Assembly: GCA_051252375.1 (NCBI GenBank)
Contig: JBPOFY010000008.1
Span: 91,485 to 155,484 of the forward strand
Length of the DNA: 64,000 bases
Reading direction: 5' to 3'
DNA from: Opitutaceae bacterium
GTDB taxonomy: Bacteria > Verrucomicrobiota > Verrucomicrobiia > Opitutales > Coraliomargaritaceae
The stretch's first letter is position 1; each line of letters starts with the position of its first letter. Under the pieces are notes generated by a model. The model had not been told where the DNA came from and did not search any database. It saw only the letters and a list, made by a program, of their open reading frames with translations. The position numbers and the translations under genes are program-made. Shown piece by piece: positions 45,752-58,780 of this stretch.

Positions 45752-45813
45752 AAGTTAAGCAGGAAGCTTGGCATTATAATTACAATACGCAATCTATACA
45801 TCGAAACCATTTC

Positions 45814-46785
45814 ATGCCCCTCATCCACACATCCAGTTACCAGCCACCACTCGGCATGCACGGCGGCCACCGGCAAACGATCTACCCCACGTTGTTTCGT
45901 AAGTTGCCACCCGTTCCGCAAACGCGTGAGCGCATCGCCACGGAGGACGGCGACTTCATCGACCTTGATTGGACACACTCAAAGCACTCAAAGAAACTAG
46001 CCATCCTGACACATGGCTTGGAGGGCAGCTCGCGCGGCATCTACATCCGCGGGATGGCACGAGCACTGGCAAAAGACGGCTTCAATGTCCTCGCATGGAA
46101 TTTTCGCGGTTGCAGCGGAGAGCCCAACCACCGTCTTCAATCTTACCACAGCGGCGCGACACACGACTTGAAGGCAGTCATCGCCCATGCGGAACAAACA
46201 CAGCAATACGATGCGATCGTGCTTCTCGGATTCAGCCTCGGCGGCAACCTCACGCTGAAATTTCTCAGCGATGAAGGCAGCCAGCTCAGCCCTCGCATCA
46301 AAGGATCAGTTAATTTTTCTGTAGCCACCGACCTCGCCAGCAGCGCCAAGCATCTAGAAAATTTCGGCAATCGCATCTACATGCGACGCTTCATGAATAC
46401 CTTACGCGACAAGGTGCGCGAAAAGATGCAGCGCTTCCCTGGTCAAATATCCGACCATGGGCTCGATCAAATGCGCACCTTCCGAGAATTTGACGGCGCC
46501 TACACCGCCCCGATCCACGGGTTCCGTGATGCGGCAGACTATTGGAAGCAATGCAGTTGCGGGAACGTCCTCCAACAACTCGAGGTGCCCACATTACTGA
46601 TCAATGCCGCAGATGACCCCTTCTTAACGCCAGACTGCTACCCGCGTGAGATCGCGGCAAAACACTCACATTTCCATTTAGAAATACCTAAAAGTGGCGG
46701 GCACATGGGATTTATCCAGTTCAACGCAGAACAGGAATATTGGTCCGAGGTCCGTGCTCGAGCGTTTCTGCACAGCATTCTCTAA
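45814..46785 (+). CDS. YheT-like alpha/beta hydrolase
   Basis: 'DGDFIDLDW', 'HGLEGSS', 'GFSLGG', 'DDPF', 'GGHMGF'. Confidence 0.88.
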   Translation: MPLIHTSSYQPPLGMHGGHRQTIYPTLFRKLPPVPQTRERIATEDGDFIDLDWTHSKHSKKLAILTHGLEGSSRGIYIRGMARALAKDGFNVLAWNFRGCSGEPNHRLQSYHSGATHDLKAVIAHAEQTQQYDAIVLLGFSLGGNLTLKFLSDEGSQLSPRIKGSVNFSVATDLASSAKHLENFGNRIYMRRFMNTLRDKVREKMQRFPGQISDHGLDQMRTFREFDGAYTAPIHGFRDAADYWKQCSCGNVLQQLEVPTLLINAADDPFLTPDCYPREIAAKHSHFHLEIPKSGGHMGFIQFNAEQEYWSEVRARAFLHSIL

Positions 46786-46922
46786 GGATAGCCAAGTAAT
46801 CCACCAGAGCTTTCTCGCGAAAATCCTTGAGAAAGATCCGTAGCGACGATTGTGTTTCGAGTGAATCTGGCGCGCGACGTCAGCCCTGCATGTTCTTCAT
46901 TTCACACCTAACAAACTAGACT

Positions 46923-48128
46923 ATGAATTCACTGATCTATACCAACGAATACCCTCCTTATAATTACGGCGGAGCCGGCGTGCATGTCGAATACCTCACG
47001 CGCGAGCTAGCCAAGTTAATCGATGTGGATGTGCGTTGTTTCGGAGATCAGAACAAACCAGGCGCCCCGCTCTCAGTAAAGGGCTACCCCGTCAGCACCG
47101 ACGATTTCAGCGCCCCAAAGTATTTACACTCCATTCTCGCTAGCTCTCAACGGGCCATCGATTACAACACTGACGGCAACCAAGCCGACATCGTGCATTG
47201 CCACACATGGTATACACACCTTGCCGGCATCATGACGAAGCTGAACTACGGCATCCCGCTCGTCCTCACCGGCCACTCTCTCGAACCACTGCGTCCATGG
47301 AAACGCGAACAACTCGCCGGCGGTTATGATTTCAGCTGCTGGGTCGAGCGCACTGCCATCGAAATGGCCGACGCGCTCATCGCCGTCTCGGAAGGCACGA
47401 AGACAGACATCCTCAAGCACTTCAACGTGCCCGCTGAAAAAGTTCACGTCATCTACAACGGCATCGACACCGATGAATACAAGGTGGTCGATGCCTCTCC
47501 CGCGCATGCCAAGTTCGGCATTCCAACAGACAAGCCATTTGTCCTCTTTGTCGGTCGCATCACTCGCCAAAAGGGCATCGTGCACCTCGTCGAAGCGATC
47601 AAATATATGCACGAAGGCTACAACGTCGTCCTCTGCGCCGGCGCTCCCGACACTCCGGAAATCGCTGCCGAAATGACCGCTGCAGTCGATGCAGCCAAAA
47701 AAGAGCGCGAGGGCATTTACTGGATCGATGAAATGGTCAACAAGACCGACATCATCCAACTCTATTCCGGCGCTGCGGTCTTCTGCTGCCCTTCTATTTA
47801 CGAGCCCTTCGGCATCATCAACCTCGAAGCCATGGCCTGCGAAACGCCAGTCGTCGGCTCGATGGTCGGCGGCATCCCTGAAGTCGTCGTTCATGACGAA
47901 ACCGGCTTTCTCGTTCCTGTCGCACAACAAAGCGAGAGCCCGTTCTCTCCGCTACACCCGACCTCTTACGCCAAGGATCTCGCCCATAACGTCAACCGAC
48001 TCATGGAAGATCCCGAGAAACGCGAACGTTTCGCCAAGGCGGGTCGCAAGCGCGCAGTCGAGAAGTTCAGCTGGACGAGTATCGCCGAACAAACCCGCGA
48101 CCTCTACGCATCGCTGATCAAATCTTAA
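46923..48128 (+). CDS. glgA: GT4 glycogen synthase of the actinobacterial GlgA/GlgM type (probable maltose-1-phosphate synthase)
   Basis: 'EYPPYNYGGAGVHV', 'HSLEPLRPWKREQLAGGY', 'GRITRQKG', 'YEPFGIINLEAMAC'. Confidence 0.88.
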   Translation: MNSLIYTNEYPPYNYGGAGVHVEYLTRELAKLIDVDVRCFGDQNKPGAPLSVKGYPVSTDDFSAPKYLHSILASSQRAIDYNTDGNQADIVHCHTWYTHLAGIMTKLNYGIPLVLTGHSLEPLRPWKREQLAGGYDFSCWVERTAIEMADALIAVSEGTKTDILKHFNVPAEKVHVIYNGIDTDEYKVVDASPAHAKFGIPTDKPFVLFVGRITRQKGIVHLVEAIKYMHEGYNVVLCAGAPDTPEIAAEMTAAVDAAKKEREGIYWIDEMVNKTDIIQLYSGAAVFCCPSIYEPFGIINLEAMACETPVVGSMVGGIPEVVVHDETGFLVPVAQQSESPFSPLHPTSYAKDLAHNVNRLMEDPEKRERFAKAGRKRAVEKFSWTSIAEQTRDLYASLIKS

Positions 48129-48186
48129 TTCAAAATTTTGATCACCTACTCCTTCTTTTTAATTTCGTAATTCTTATTTCTCCCAA

Positions 48187-50136
48187 ATGTCTTTACTCAA
48201 AAAAACAGACAGCTTCCGCCGCGTAGTTATTGACCACGTAAGCCCGTGCATCGATGGCGGCCGGAATCCCTTTAAACGTGTGCTTGGCGACTGGGTCACT
48301 TTCCATGCCCACGCATTTGCAGATTCGCACGATCTCCTCACGGTAGATCTACGCATCCGTCTCCACGGCGCAAAGGAGTGGGAGTATTTCCCAATGTCCG
48401 CGATCGGGAATGACGAATTCGAAGTAAACTACGAAACCAAAGAGATCGGGCTATACGAATACGAGGTCGCTGGCGTCATTGACCACTACAGCAGTTGGAA
48501 CGAAGGTTTTCAGAAGAAAAACGAAGAAGGCGTGCCCGTCGATTTGGAGTGCCTGATCGGTGCCGAGATTCTCGAACAAACCGCCAAGCGCGCCTCCAAA
48601 AAAGACGCCAAGCAACTCAAGGAATGGGCCGCCCACTTGGCTGATACCAGTGCCGACATGCACTCGCGCATCACCCTTGCCTACAGTCGCCATGTTGCAG
48701 GCATCGCCCGCGCTTACCCCGAACGTAAATGGGAAAGCTGCAGCCCACTTTCACTCATGCTCGTCGAACGCGAACTCGCCGCCTTCAGCGCATGGTATGA
48801 ATATTTCCCTCGTTCCTGCAAAGATGACGGCGTCACCCACGGCACCTTTAATGACGCCGCCAAACGTCTGCCCGAAATCGAAGAGATGGGTTTCAACATT
48901 GTTTACTTCCCTCCAATCAATCCGGTGGGTCGCGAATTCCGCAAGGGTCGCAACAATAGCCTTACGCCGACTCCCGACGATGTCGGCAGCCCTTGGGCCA
49001 TCGGCGCAAAGGAAGGCGGCCACAAATCCATTCTCCCTGAGCTCGGCACCTTAAAAGACTTCAAGGGATTCATGAGCAAAGCGGGTAAGCACGGCATCGA
49101 AGTCGCCATCGACATCGCTTTCCAATGCGCACCCGATCACCCTTGGGTCAAAGAGCACCCACAGTGGTTTCGCTGGCGCCCGGATGGCACTGTGCAATAT
49201 GCCGAAAACCCACCTAAAAAGTATCAAGACATTTTGCCCATCAACTTCGAATCCGAAGACTGGGAAAACCTCTGGGATGAACTCAAATCCGTCTTCGAAT
49301 ACTGGATTGAGCAAGGTGTTAAAATCTTCCGCGTAGACAACCCACACACCAAGTCGATGGAGTTTTGGCGCTGGTGCATCCTCAACATCAAAGCGAAACA
49401 CCCAGAAGTGCTCTTCCTCGCCGAAGCCTTCACTCGCCCGAAGCGTAAATACTACCTCGCCAAAGGTGGCTTCACTCACGGCTACACTTACTTCACTTGG
49501 CGCAACAACGCAGCCGAGCTGCAGCAATACGTGGAAGAGCTCACCCAAAGCGAAACAAAGGAATACTTCTGGCCCAACTTCTGGCCTAACACGCCCGACA
49601 TCCTCCACGAAGACCTACAGTCCGGTAACCGCGCCACCTACATAGGTCGCTACGTGCTCGCCGCGACACTCTCTTCAAATATTGGCATCTACGGTCCGTC
49701 CTACCAAGTGCTCGATAACGAACCCTTCCCCGGCAAAGAAGAAAACAACAACAGCGAAAAGTATCAGCTCAAAGCTTGGGACTGGAATGCACCTGGCAAC
49801 ATCGCTCACGAGATTTCGGTTATCAATGCGATCCGCAATCAACACCCTGCCTTCCAGCGCACCTTCAACGTGCAATTCATCCCCTGCTCCAACCCGCATA
49901 TCATTGCTTACCTCAAGGAAAACTTTGATAAGAGCGACCGCTTCATCGTCGTCGTCAACATGGACTGGAGCAACAAACAAGCCGGCACACTGGAACTGCC
50001 TCTCGGCGACGGGCAGGTGCGTCTCATTGACCGACTCACTGACCACAAGCAAGAATACGTATGGCAAGGCGACAGCGCATACATCGACCTCGACCCAAAG
50101 AAGTCCCCAGCGCATATCCTGCAAATCGTGGGTTAA
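48187..50136 (+). CDS. glgE: Alpha-1,4-glucan:maltose-1-phosphate maltosyltransferase
   Basis: 'WYEYFPRS', 'RKGRNN', 'GSPWAIG', 'QCAPDHP', 'YAENPPKKYQDI', 'FRVDNPHTK', 'LAEAFTRP'. Confidence 0.95.
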   Translation: MSLLKKTDSFRRVVIDHVSPCIDGGRNPFKRVLGDWVTFHAHAFADSHDLLTVDLRIRLHGAKEWEYFPMSAIGNDEFEVNYETKEIGLYEYEVAGVIDHYSSWNEGFQKKNEEGVPVDLECLIGAEILEQTAKRASKKDAKQLKEWAAHLADTSADMHSRITLAYSRHVAGIARAYPERKWESCSPLSLMLVERELAAFSAWYEYFPRSCKDDGVTHGTFNDAAKRLPEIEEMGFNIVYFPPINPVGREFRKGRNNSLTPTPDDVGSPWAIGAKEGGHKSILPELGTLKDFKGFMSKAGKHGIEVAIDIAFQCAPDHPWVKEHPQWFRWRPDGTVQYAENPPKKYQDILPINFESEDWENLWDELKSVFEYWIEQGVKIFRVDNPHTKSMEFWRWCILNIKAKHPEVLFLAEAFTRPKRKYYLAKGGFTHGYTYFTWRNNAAELQQYVEELTQSETKEYFWPNFWPNTPDILHEDLQSGNRATYIGRYVLAATLSSNIGIYGPSYQVLDNEPFPGKEENNNSEKYQLKAWDWNAPGNIAHEISVINAIRNQHPAFQRTFNVQFIPCSNPHIIAYLKENFDKSDRFIVVVNMDWSNKQAGTLELPLGDGQVRLIDRLTDHKQEYVWQGDSAYIDLDPKKSPAHILQIVG

Positions 50137-50159
50137 CATCCTCCAGCAACCTTTCATCC

Positions 50160-50186
50160 AGCCGCCCCTAATCGGGCGGCTTTTTT
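50160..50186 (+). terminator. Intrinsic terminator after glgE
   Basis: AGCCGCCC-loop-GGGCGGCT followed by a T-tract. Confidence 0.85.
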
Positions 50187-50246
50187 GTGGTCCCACGTCT
50201 CAGTTATTATCTAGCCATTCTCAAGCAGCCACTCAACCCTCTGTCT

Positions 50247-51143
50247 ATGAAACATCTATTGCTTTTATGCTCCATGGTCGGGCTCAGTTGCCTTAATGCG
50301 CAGCCCGCACAAGTGGACCCCACAACTTGGGACTTGGTGCGCACTTACGAGACAGCCACCCATGTCTTTTACGGCGAACTCACGAAGGTGATCCCTGAAC
50401 CAAAATTTAAAACCGGCGTAATGGGTGTCGATGTGGACAACATCGATGAATCTCCACTGCCCCTCCAAGAAATAGTCTGGCCAAAAGCGAAGCACCTGAC
50501 CTTTACGGTTGAAGAAAACTTCAAGGGAGTGGCGACTGACGAACTGATCGCCTACCACCCCGACCATGATCGTCACTTATGGATCTATCTACAAAACGAC
50601 AATGGCGACACCTTCCTCGCGCAATCCGAGGAACCGGATCCCATATTCGAAAAATTAAATCCCGGCGATAAGGCACTCATCTTCTTTCGTTTTTACCTAG
50701 GCTCCAACATTCCCATTGTTTATCACGCGCGCCTAGGGCAACACGCCGAAGACGACTTAGCACTACTTCGAGCCTACAAATCCAATAGCAATGTGAGCCT
50801 TGCAGCCATTTGCCACCAGGCACGCATAGAGCAACAAGCAAAGGCAAAACGAGAAGCCGAAGCGTTTACTGCATTCGAAGATGAGTATTACAAAATCTTG
50901 CGCACTCAAGACCTCTCGATACGGCAAAGCCTACTCAAAGATTTGGTGACACGTCTAGGCTTCGAAGGACGCTGGGAATACTTCGAATACAAGGAACGCT
51001 ACTTAAAGAAATACGGCGCTTACCACGACAACGGAGCGGAACCACCGCAACCAGATACGGGCAATGAGAAGCTCTGGAAAGACATCTCCCAAGAACTAAA
51101 CAAGATTGATGTTATTCTGAAAGCCCGCGCTTCAACTCGCTAA
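50247..51143 (+). CDS. Exported hypothetical protein
   Basis: Signal peptide MKHLLLLCSMVGLSCLNA. No recognised family. Confidence 0.65.
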   Translation: MKHLLLLCSMVGLSCLNAQPAQVDPTTWDLVRTYETATHVFYGELTKVIPEPKFKTGVMGVDVDNIDESPLPLQEIVWPKAKHLTFTVEENFKGVATDELIAYHPDHDRHLWIYLQNDNGDTFLAQSEEPDPIFEKLNPGDKALIFFRFYLGSNIPIVYHARLGQHAEDDLALLRAYKSNSNVSLAAICHQARIEQQAKAKREAEAFTAFEDEYYKILRTQDLSIRQSLLKDLVTRLGFEGRWEYFEYKERYLKKYGAYHDNGAEPPQPDTGNEKLWKDISQELNKIDVILKARASTR

Positions 51144-51163
51144 GCTAAAAGAAAACGTAAAAA

Positions 51164-52579
51164 TTAGTCGGCACCTTCGACCTGAAAAATAATACGACTG
51201 ATCGACTCCGCTGGTATATCTAGCTCGAATCGAGATTGAGACTGCGGCGCATGCTCAGCATCCTGCCCTTTCTGGTCAGTCACAGAGTCACTCCACCACT
51301 TGTGATCAATCTTTTGCTGCGAACTCAAACGACCACCTTCTAGGTGAAAGTTCATCGATCGAACTTCAGATGGGCCGCTATTCATCACCCAAATGGTAAC
51401 CGAATTGCCCTTCTGGAAAGTCATGGTCTCCATCTCCTCTGTGCCTGCCGATAAATTGGTCGGAATGTAACTACCAAACATCGTGTTACCGGTAAACTCT
51501 TTGAATAACCAATAACTGCGCATCCTTCGCGCATTCTGCCCCCGACGGAAATAGATAGAACGCGTCTCTGCATTGATTCCACGAGACCAATTCTCAAAAA
51601 AGATTTCTCCACTTAAGCCCGCCCGATAAGTGCGTGCCCGTTTCATATATACCCTTAATGGACTGGTGATGCTTGGTTCTTCTCCATTGGTCCGTCCCCC
51701 ACTGCCGAGGTTCGTCTCATCATCAAACGCAAACTTGCCCATCGATTCAGACAACTGAACAAACTGCCGCCAATCATTTACAGTCGGCTCATCGTATTGA
51801 TGCGAACAATAACCTGCATACAACTCTGCGTCACCCATCTCTTGAATATCCTTCAAATCCTTAATGCCGCCACGGACACCCCAAGTCGACGGTCCTATAA
51901 AAATCGGCACGGGAATTCGACGCATCTTACATTCTTTTTGTAAGCCGCGAATCACCTGTGATGCCTTTTGGGCACTGATCACTTGCGACCATTCTTTACC
52001 GACAGACAGACAGTAAATCGCCACACGCTTCTCATACATGTGCTGAAGGTAATCTGCCAAGAAATTGACGTAATGATGCACGTCCAGCTTGCTCGGATCA
52101 TAACGTCCCCCGTCGTAACCCTCCCCTGTATAAATCCAGTCTGGAAGGTTATTATTCTTCCCGTATCCATCGTAGTCGGTTTTCAAGGTCGCCCAAAATC
52201 GAATCTGTGGGCTGACCGCCTTGATCTGCTGCATAGAAGCCACCTGCTTATCATAATAAGCCATGTCTTTCTGCCCACGAAGCAACTCTTGCTTCTTATC
52301 AAAGGCCACACGCAAATACAGAACACCCTCTGTATCTTTAAAGACCCACTGAATGATCTCCTCCTTATTCTTCGCGGATTGCAAGAAGTGCGCGGAACGC
52401 TCCATATCCGCTCCCATCATCACGATCTTTTGCTTCGGAGCATCGAGACGGATCACTGCACTGGACTGAGCATGAGCGAACACACTCCCAAGGAGGATCG
52501 ACATCGATGTATACACATAGACTTTCCAACAGCCTAGCGCATGGCGTAACACTCTTTTGACTAAATAACAGATCGGCAT
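51164..52579 (-). CDS. Putative clan GH-A (GH30-like) glycoside hydrolase, exported; start uncertain
   Basis: 'APKQKIVMMG', 'LADYLQHMY...IYCLSVGKEW', 'FDDET' and a C-terminal beta-sandwich 'TIWVMN...DIPAESISRI'. Confidence 0.55.
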   Translation of the reverse strand: MPICYLVKRVLRHALGCWKVYVYTSMSILLGSVFAHAQSSAVIRLDAPKQKIVMMGADMERSAHFLQSAKNKEEIIQWVFKDTEGVLYLRVAFDKKQELLRGQKDMAYYDKQVASMQQIKAVSPQIRFWATLKTDYDGYGKNNNLPDWIYTGEGYDGGRYDPSKLDVHHYVNFLADYLQHMYEKRVAIYCLSVGKEWSQVISAQKASQVIRGLQKECKMRRIPVPIFIGPSTWGVRGGIKDLKDIQEMGDAELYAGYCSHQYDEPTVNDWRQFVQLSESMGKFAFDDETNLGSGGRTNGEEPSITSPLRVYMKRARTYRAGLSGEIFFENWSRGINAETRSIYFRRGQNARRMRSYWLFKEFTGNTMFGSYIPTNLSAGTEEMETMTFQKGNSVTIWVMNSGPSEVRSMNFHLEGGRLSSQQKIDHKWWSDSVTDQKGQDAEHAPQSQSRFELDIPAESISRIIFQVEGAD

Positions 52580-52737
52580 CGATACGACTTACAGACTCAT
52601 TTCTTCCGGATAGAACAATCGAGTCTTTTCCTACTCGATGACAATATCATAAATACTCTCAATACTAGGCGTTCTATATTTGAGAGTAGTCATACCACTG
52701 TCCCTGATCATAATTACTTCCGGCAAAAAAACAGAAA

Positions 52738-55749
<3,012 letters not shown>

Positions 55750-55768
55750 ACCTAAAATCCTATAAATC

Positions 55769-57256
55769 ATGGAAGTCCTGATCCCCGCCGCTATTCTATT
55801 CGCATTCTTCATTGCGACCGTCATCGCCTTTGCCAGTCGCTACAAGCGCTGCCCGTCCGACCGACTATTGGTCGTTTACGGTAAGGTCGGCGGCGGTAAA
55901 TCCGCCAAATGTTTACACGGTGGCGCCACCTTTATCATCCCCGTTATTCAAGGCTACCAATGGCTCGACCTGACACCACTCCCCATCGACATCCGCCTCG
56001 AAGGCGCGCTCTCGAAGCAAAATATTCGCGTCAACACACCTTCCACGTTCACCGTCGGTGTTTCGACTGAGCCAGGTGTCATGGAAAACGCTGCAGAACG
56101 TATGCTCGGCCTCGGTCTCGCCGAAATCAAGGAACTCGCTAAAGACATTATCTTTGGTCAAATGCGTGTCGTCATCGCGACAATGGACATTGAAGAAATC
56201 AACGCCGACCGCGACAAGCTCATCGCCAACATCTCCACAGGGGTGGAAGTGGAGCTCAAGAAAGTCGGTCTGCGCTTGATCAACGTTAACGTGCAGGACA
56301 TCACCGACGAGTCCGGCTACATCGACGCCCTCGGTCAAGAAGCCGCCTCCAAAGCGATCGCCGAAGCGAAAGTCAAAGTCGCCCAAGCTGAACGTGACGG
56401 TGATATCGGTGCCGCCGAAGCCGCCCGTGACCAACGTATCCAAGTGGCCGACGCCAACGCGAAAGCCACCGAAGGTGAAAATACCGCGACCGTCGAAATC
56501 GCCAACTCCAATGCCGAACGTCGCCAAAAAGAAGCGGAAGCCGAACGCGCCGCATCTGCTGCCGAAAAGGTGAAAGCCGCCCAAGCCCTTCAAGAAGCCT
56601 ACGCGGCTGAGCAAGTTTCCGAGCAAGAGCGTGCCAAACGTGAAAAAGCCACTCAACAGGCCAATATCATCGTCCCTGCTGAGATCGCCAAGGAAAAGGC
56701 CATCGTCGACGCCGAAGCCAGTGCCGAGTCCGTGCGCCGCACACAAATGGGTGAGGCAGATGCTGTTCGCCTAGAGAAGCAAGCCGAAGCCGATGGTCTC
56801 AAAGCCGTCAAACAAGCGGAAGCCGACGGTCTACGTTTCGAACTCACCGCTCAAGCGGACGGCACACGCCTAAAGCTACTCGCGGAAGCCGAAGGTGTCG
56901 AAGCCGTCCTCACCAAGAAGGCGAAGGGCTTCACCGACATCGTCAACTCTGCTGGTAACGACAAGCAACTCGCCTCCATGCTCCTCATGATCGAGCAACT
57001 ACCGAAGCTCGTCGAAGAACAAGCCAAGGCCATCTCCAACCTCAAGATCGACAAGATCACGGTCTGGGACAGCGGCAAGGGCAAGGACGGCAAAGGCAGC
57101 ACCGCCGATTTCCTGTCAGGAATCGTCGGCTCCCTACCCCCACTCCATGAGATCACCAAAAACGCCGGCATCGAACTACCTCAGTTTTTGGGCAAACTAT
57201 CCGAGACCAAGGAAACCCCTTCCGCTGAGCCGGAAGAGACCAGCGACGAGAAATAG
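55769..57256 (+). CDS. Flotillin / SPFH-domain protein
   Basis: 'RYKRCPSDRLLVVYG', an SPFH domain and AE-rich coiled-coil flotillin repeats. Confidence 0.92.
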   Translation: MEVLIPAAILFAFFIATVIAFASRYKRCPSDRLLVVYGKVGGGKSAKCLHGGATFIIPVIQGYQWLDLTPLPIDIRLEGALSKQNIRVNTPSTFTVGVSTEPGVMENAAERMLGLGLAEIKELAKDIIFGQMRVVIATMDIEEINADRDKLIANISTGVEVELKKVGLRLINVNVQDITDESGYIDALGQEAASKAIAEAKVKVAQAERDGDIGAAEAARDQRIQVADANAKATEGENTATVEIANSNAERRQKEAEAERAASAAEKVKAAQALQEAYAAEQVSEQERAKREKATQQANIIVPAEIAKEKAIVDAEASAESVRRTQMGEADAVRLEKQAEADGLKAVKQAEADGLRFELTAQADGTRLKLLAEAEGVEAVLTKKAKGFTDIVNSAGNDKQLASMLLMIEQLPKLVEEQAKAISNLKIDKITVWDSGKGKDGKGSTADFLSGIVGSLPPLHEITKNAGIELPQFLGKLSETKETPSAEPEETSDEK

Positions 57257-57294
57257 TTTAAAACTACGAAAGGCGCGCAAGGTCAGCAACCTGC

Positions 57295-58161
57295 TCACTC
57301 AAACCGCCAGGCTAGCACGCGACTGATCTTCTGCCCCTGGCTCATGGGTAGCACTTTGACGTCACTGACTCCAACTGCCTGCAATGCTTTTTGCAAGACA
57401 GGCAGGTGCTCACTTTTCGAAACTAAAGTAGTGAACCAGCCAACTTGTTCGCGGTATGCGAAACTCTCTTGAATCATTTGCTCGATAAAAGCGACTTCCC
57501 CTCCCACGCACCAGAGTTCGCTGGATTGACCGCCGAAGTTTAATTTTGCCGAGCCTTGACCAGCGCGACCACGGCTCAAATTGCGCACCTTGCGTTGGCT
57601 ACCTTCTTGTGCGGCTTCCGCAGTAGCATGGAATGGTGGATTGCACATCGTAAGATTAAAACGATCACTCGGCTTAATCACACCCGCGAAAATTGATCTC
57701 GGATTCTTCTGCGCAACTATACGGACCTGTTTTGCAAGGCATGGATTCAACTCAACGATCGCCCGAGCACTTTTCACAGCAACCGGATCGACCTCTGAGC
57801 CGACAAATTTCCAGCCGTAGCTCTGACTGCCGATAATCGGATAGATGCAATTAGCGCCCGTGCCGATGTCGAGCACACGCACACCTTGAGACGGCTCACC
57901 AAGCAGGTCGGCTAAACTATGTATGTAATCCGCACGCCCGGGAATCGGTGGGCACAGATAACCTTCTGGAATCATCCAATGCTTCACTCCGTAATAATGC
58001 GCCAACAACGCGCGATTCAAACACAACACCGCAGCCGCATCGCCAAAGTCGATCGTCCGATCACCCTTGGGGTTGGGTTTTACGTGAGCGGTTAAATCCG
58101 GACACGCCACACAGAGCGCCTCGAAATCATAACGCCCTTGATGTGGATTACGTGAATGCAA
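57295..58161 (-). CDS. rlmF: 23S rRNA m6A1618 methyltransferase RlmF
   Basis: 'HSRNPHQGRYDF', 'LCPPIPGRADYIH', 'DIGTGANCIYP', 'CNPPFH', 'LNFGG'. Confidence 0.95.
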   Translation of the reverse strand: MHSRNPHQGRYDFEALCVACPDLTAHVKPNPKGDRTIDFGDAAAVLCLNRALLAHYYGVKHWMIPEGYLCPPIPGRADYIHSLADLLGEPSQGVRVLDIGTGANCIYPIIGSQSYGWKFVGSEVDPVAVKSARAIVELNPCLAKQVRIVAQKNPRSIFAGVIKPSDRFNLTMCNPPFHATAEAAQEGSQRKVRNLSRGRAGQGSAKLNFGGQSSELWCVGGEVAFIEQMIQESFAYREQVGWFTTLVSKSEHLPVLQKALQAVGVSDVKVLPMSQGQKISRVLAWRFE

Positions 58162-58338
58162 GTATTTGATTGAAAGCCCAGTCGAGATAGAGGCGATACT
58201 TTATTAGTGAGGCATCCATCAACTCACCACGAGTCCGACACACCGCTTAGCAACACCTCTAGAGCGCCTCGAAATAAATTCACGTAAAATGACCCATCCC
58301 GCTCGCATTAGCCACTTAACATAGCATCTTCCTGCAGC

Positions 58339-58779
58339 ATGACACAAATCAATGCACTCGACCTCACTACAGAATTTCCACGTAGCCCTCGCGCCACACT
58401 AGCTGGCTATGTGATTGCTGCCCGCATGCTCGATAAATGTCGTGCCGTGGTCGCTGGCACACAGGGCGAATATCATTTCAACTGCCCACTGGATCAGATT
58501 TTTTTAACATTTACTGATATCGACGCCGATCAATTTGAGGCCCATGTCGCAACTGGTGCAACGGACGAAGCAGTTGCGACTTGGATCGAAGCGCATGCCG
58601 AAAACCACAGCCAAGAAACGCTGGTGCAATGGAACAATGACCTACGCTACAAACGTATCAGCGAAATGCCAATCCAGCTGCAAGTCTTTCTCGAAGGCTA
58701 CATCCCGCAAAACATTCCCACCGACAAAATCGTCAATTATTGGTTCGATGTTTACGACATCGAAGAAGGGCGTATCTAG
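58339..58779 (+). CDS. DUF5069-like protein
   Basis: 'DLTTEFPRSPRATLAGY...RMLDKCRA...GEYHFNCPLD'. Confidence 0.75.
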   Translation: MTQINALDLTTEFPRSPRATLAGYVIAARMLDKCRAVVAGTQGEYHFNCPLDQIFLTFTDIDADQFEAHVATGATDEAVATWIEAHAENHSQETLVQWNNDLRYKRISEMPIQLQVFLEGYIPQNIPTDKIVNYWFDVYDIEEGRI

Positions 58780-58780
58780 T

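Noticed and set aside
52618..52688. Two small hairpins between katG and the GH30-like gene
   Set aside because: AT-rich stems without U-tracts or repetition elsewhere, so no supportable function.
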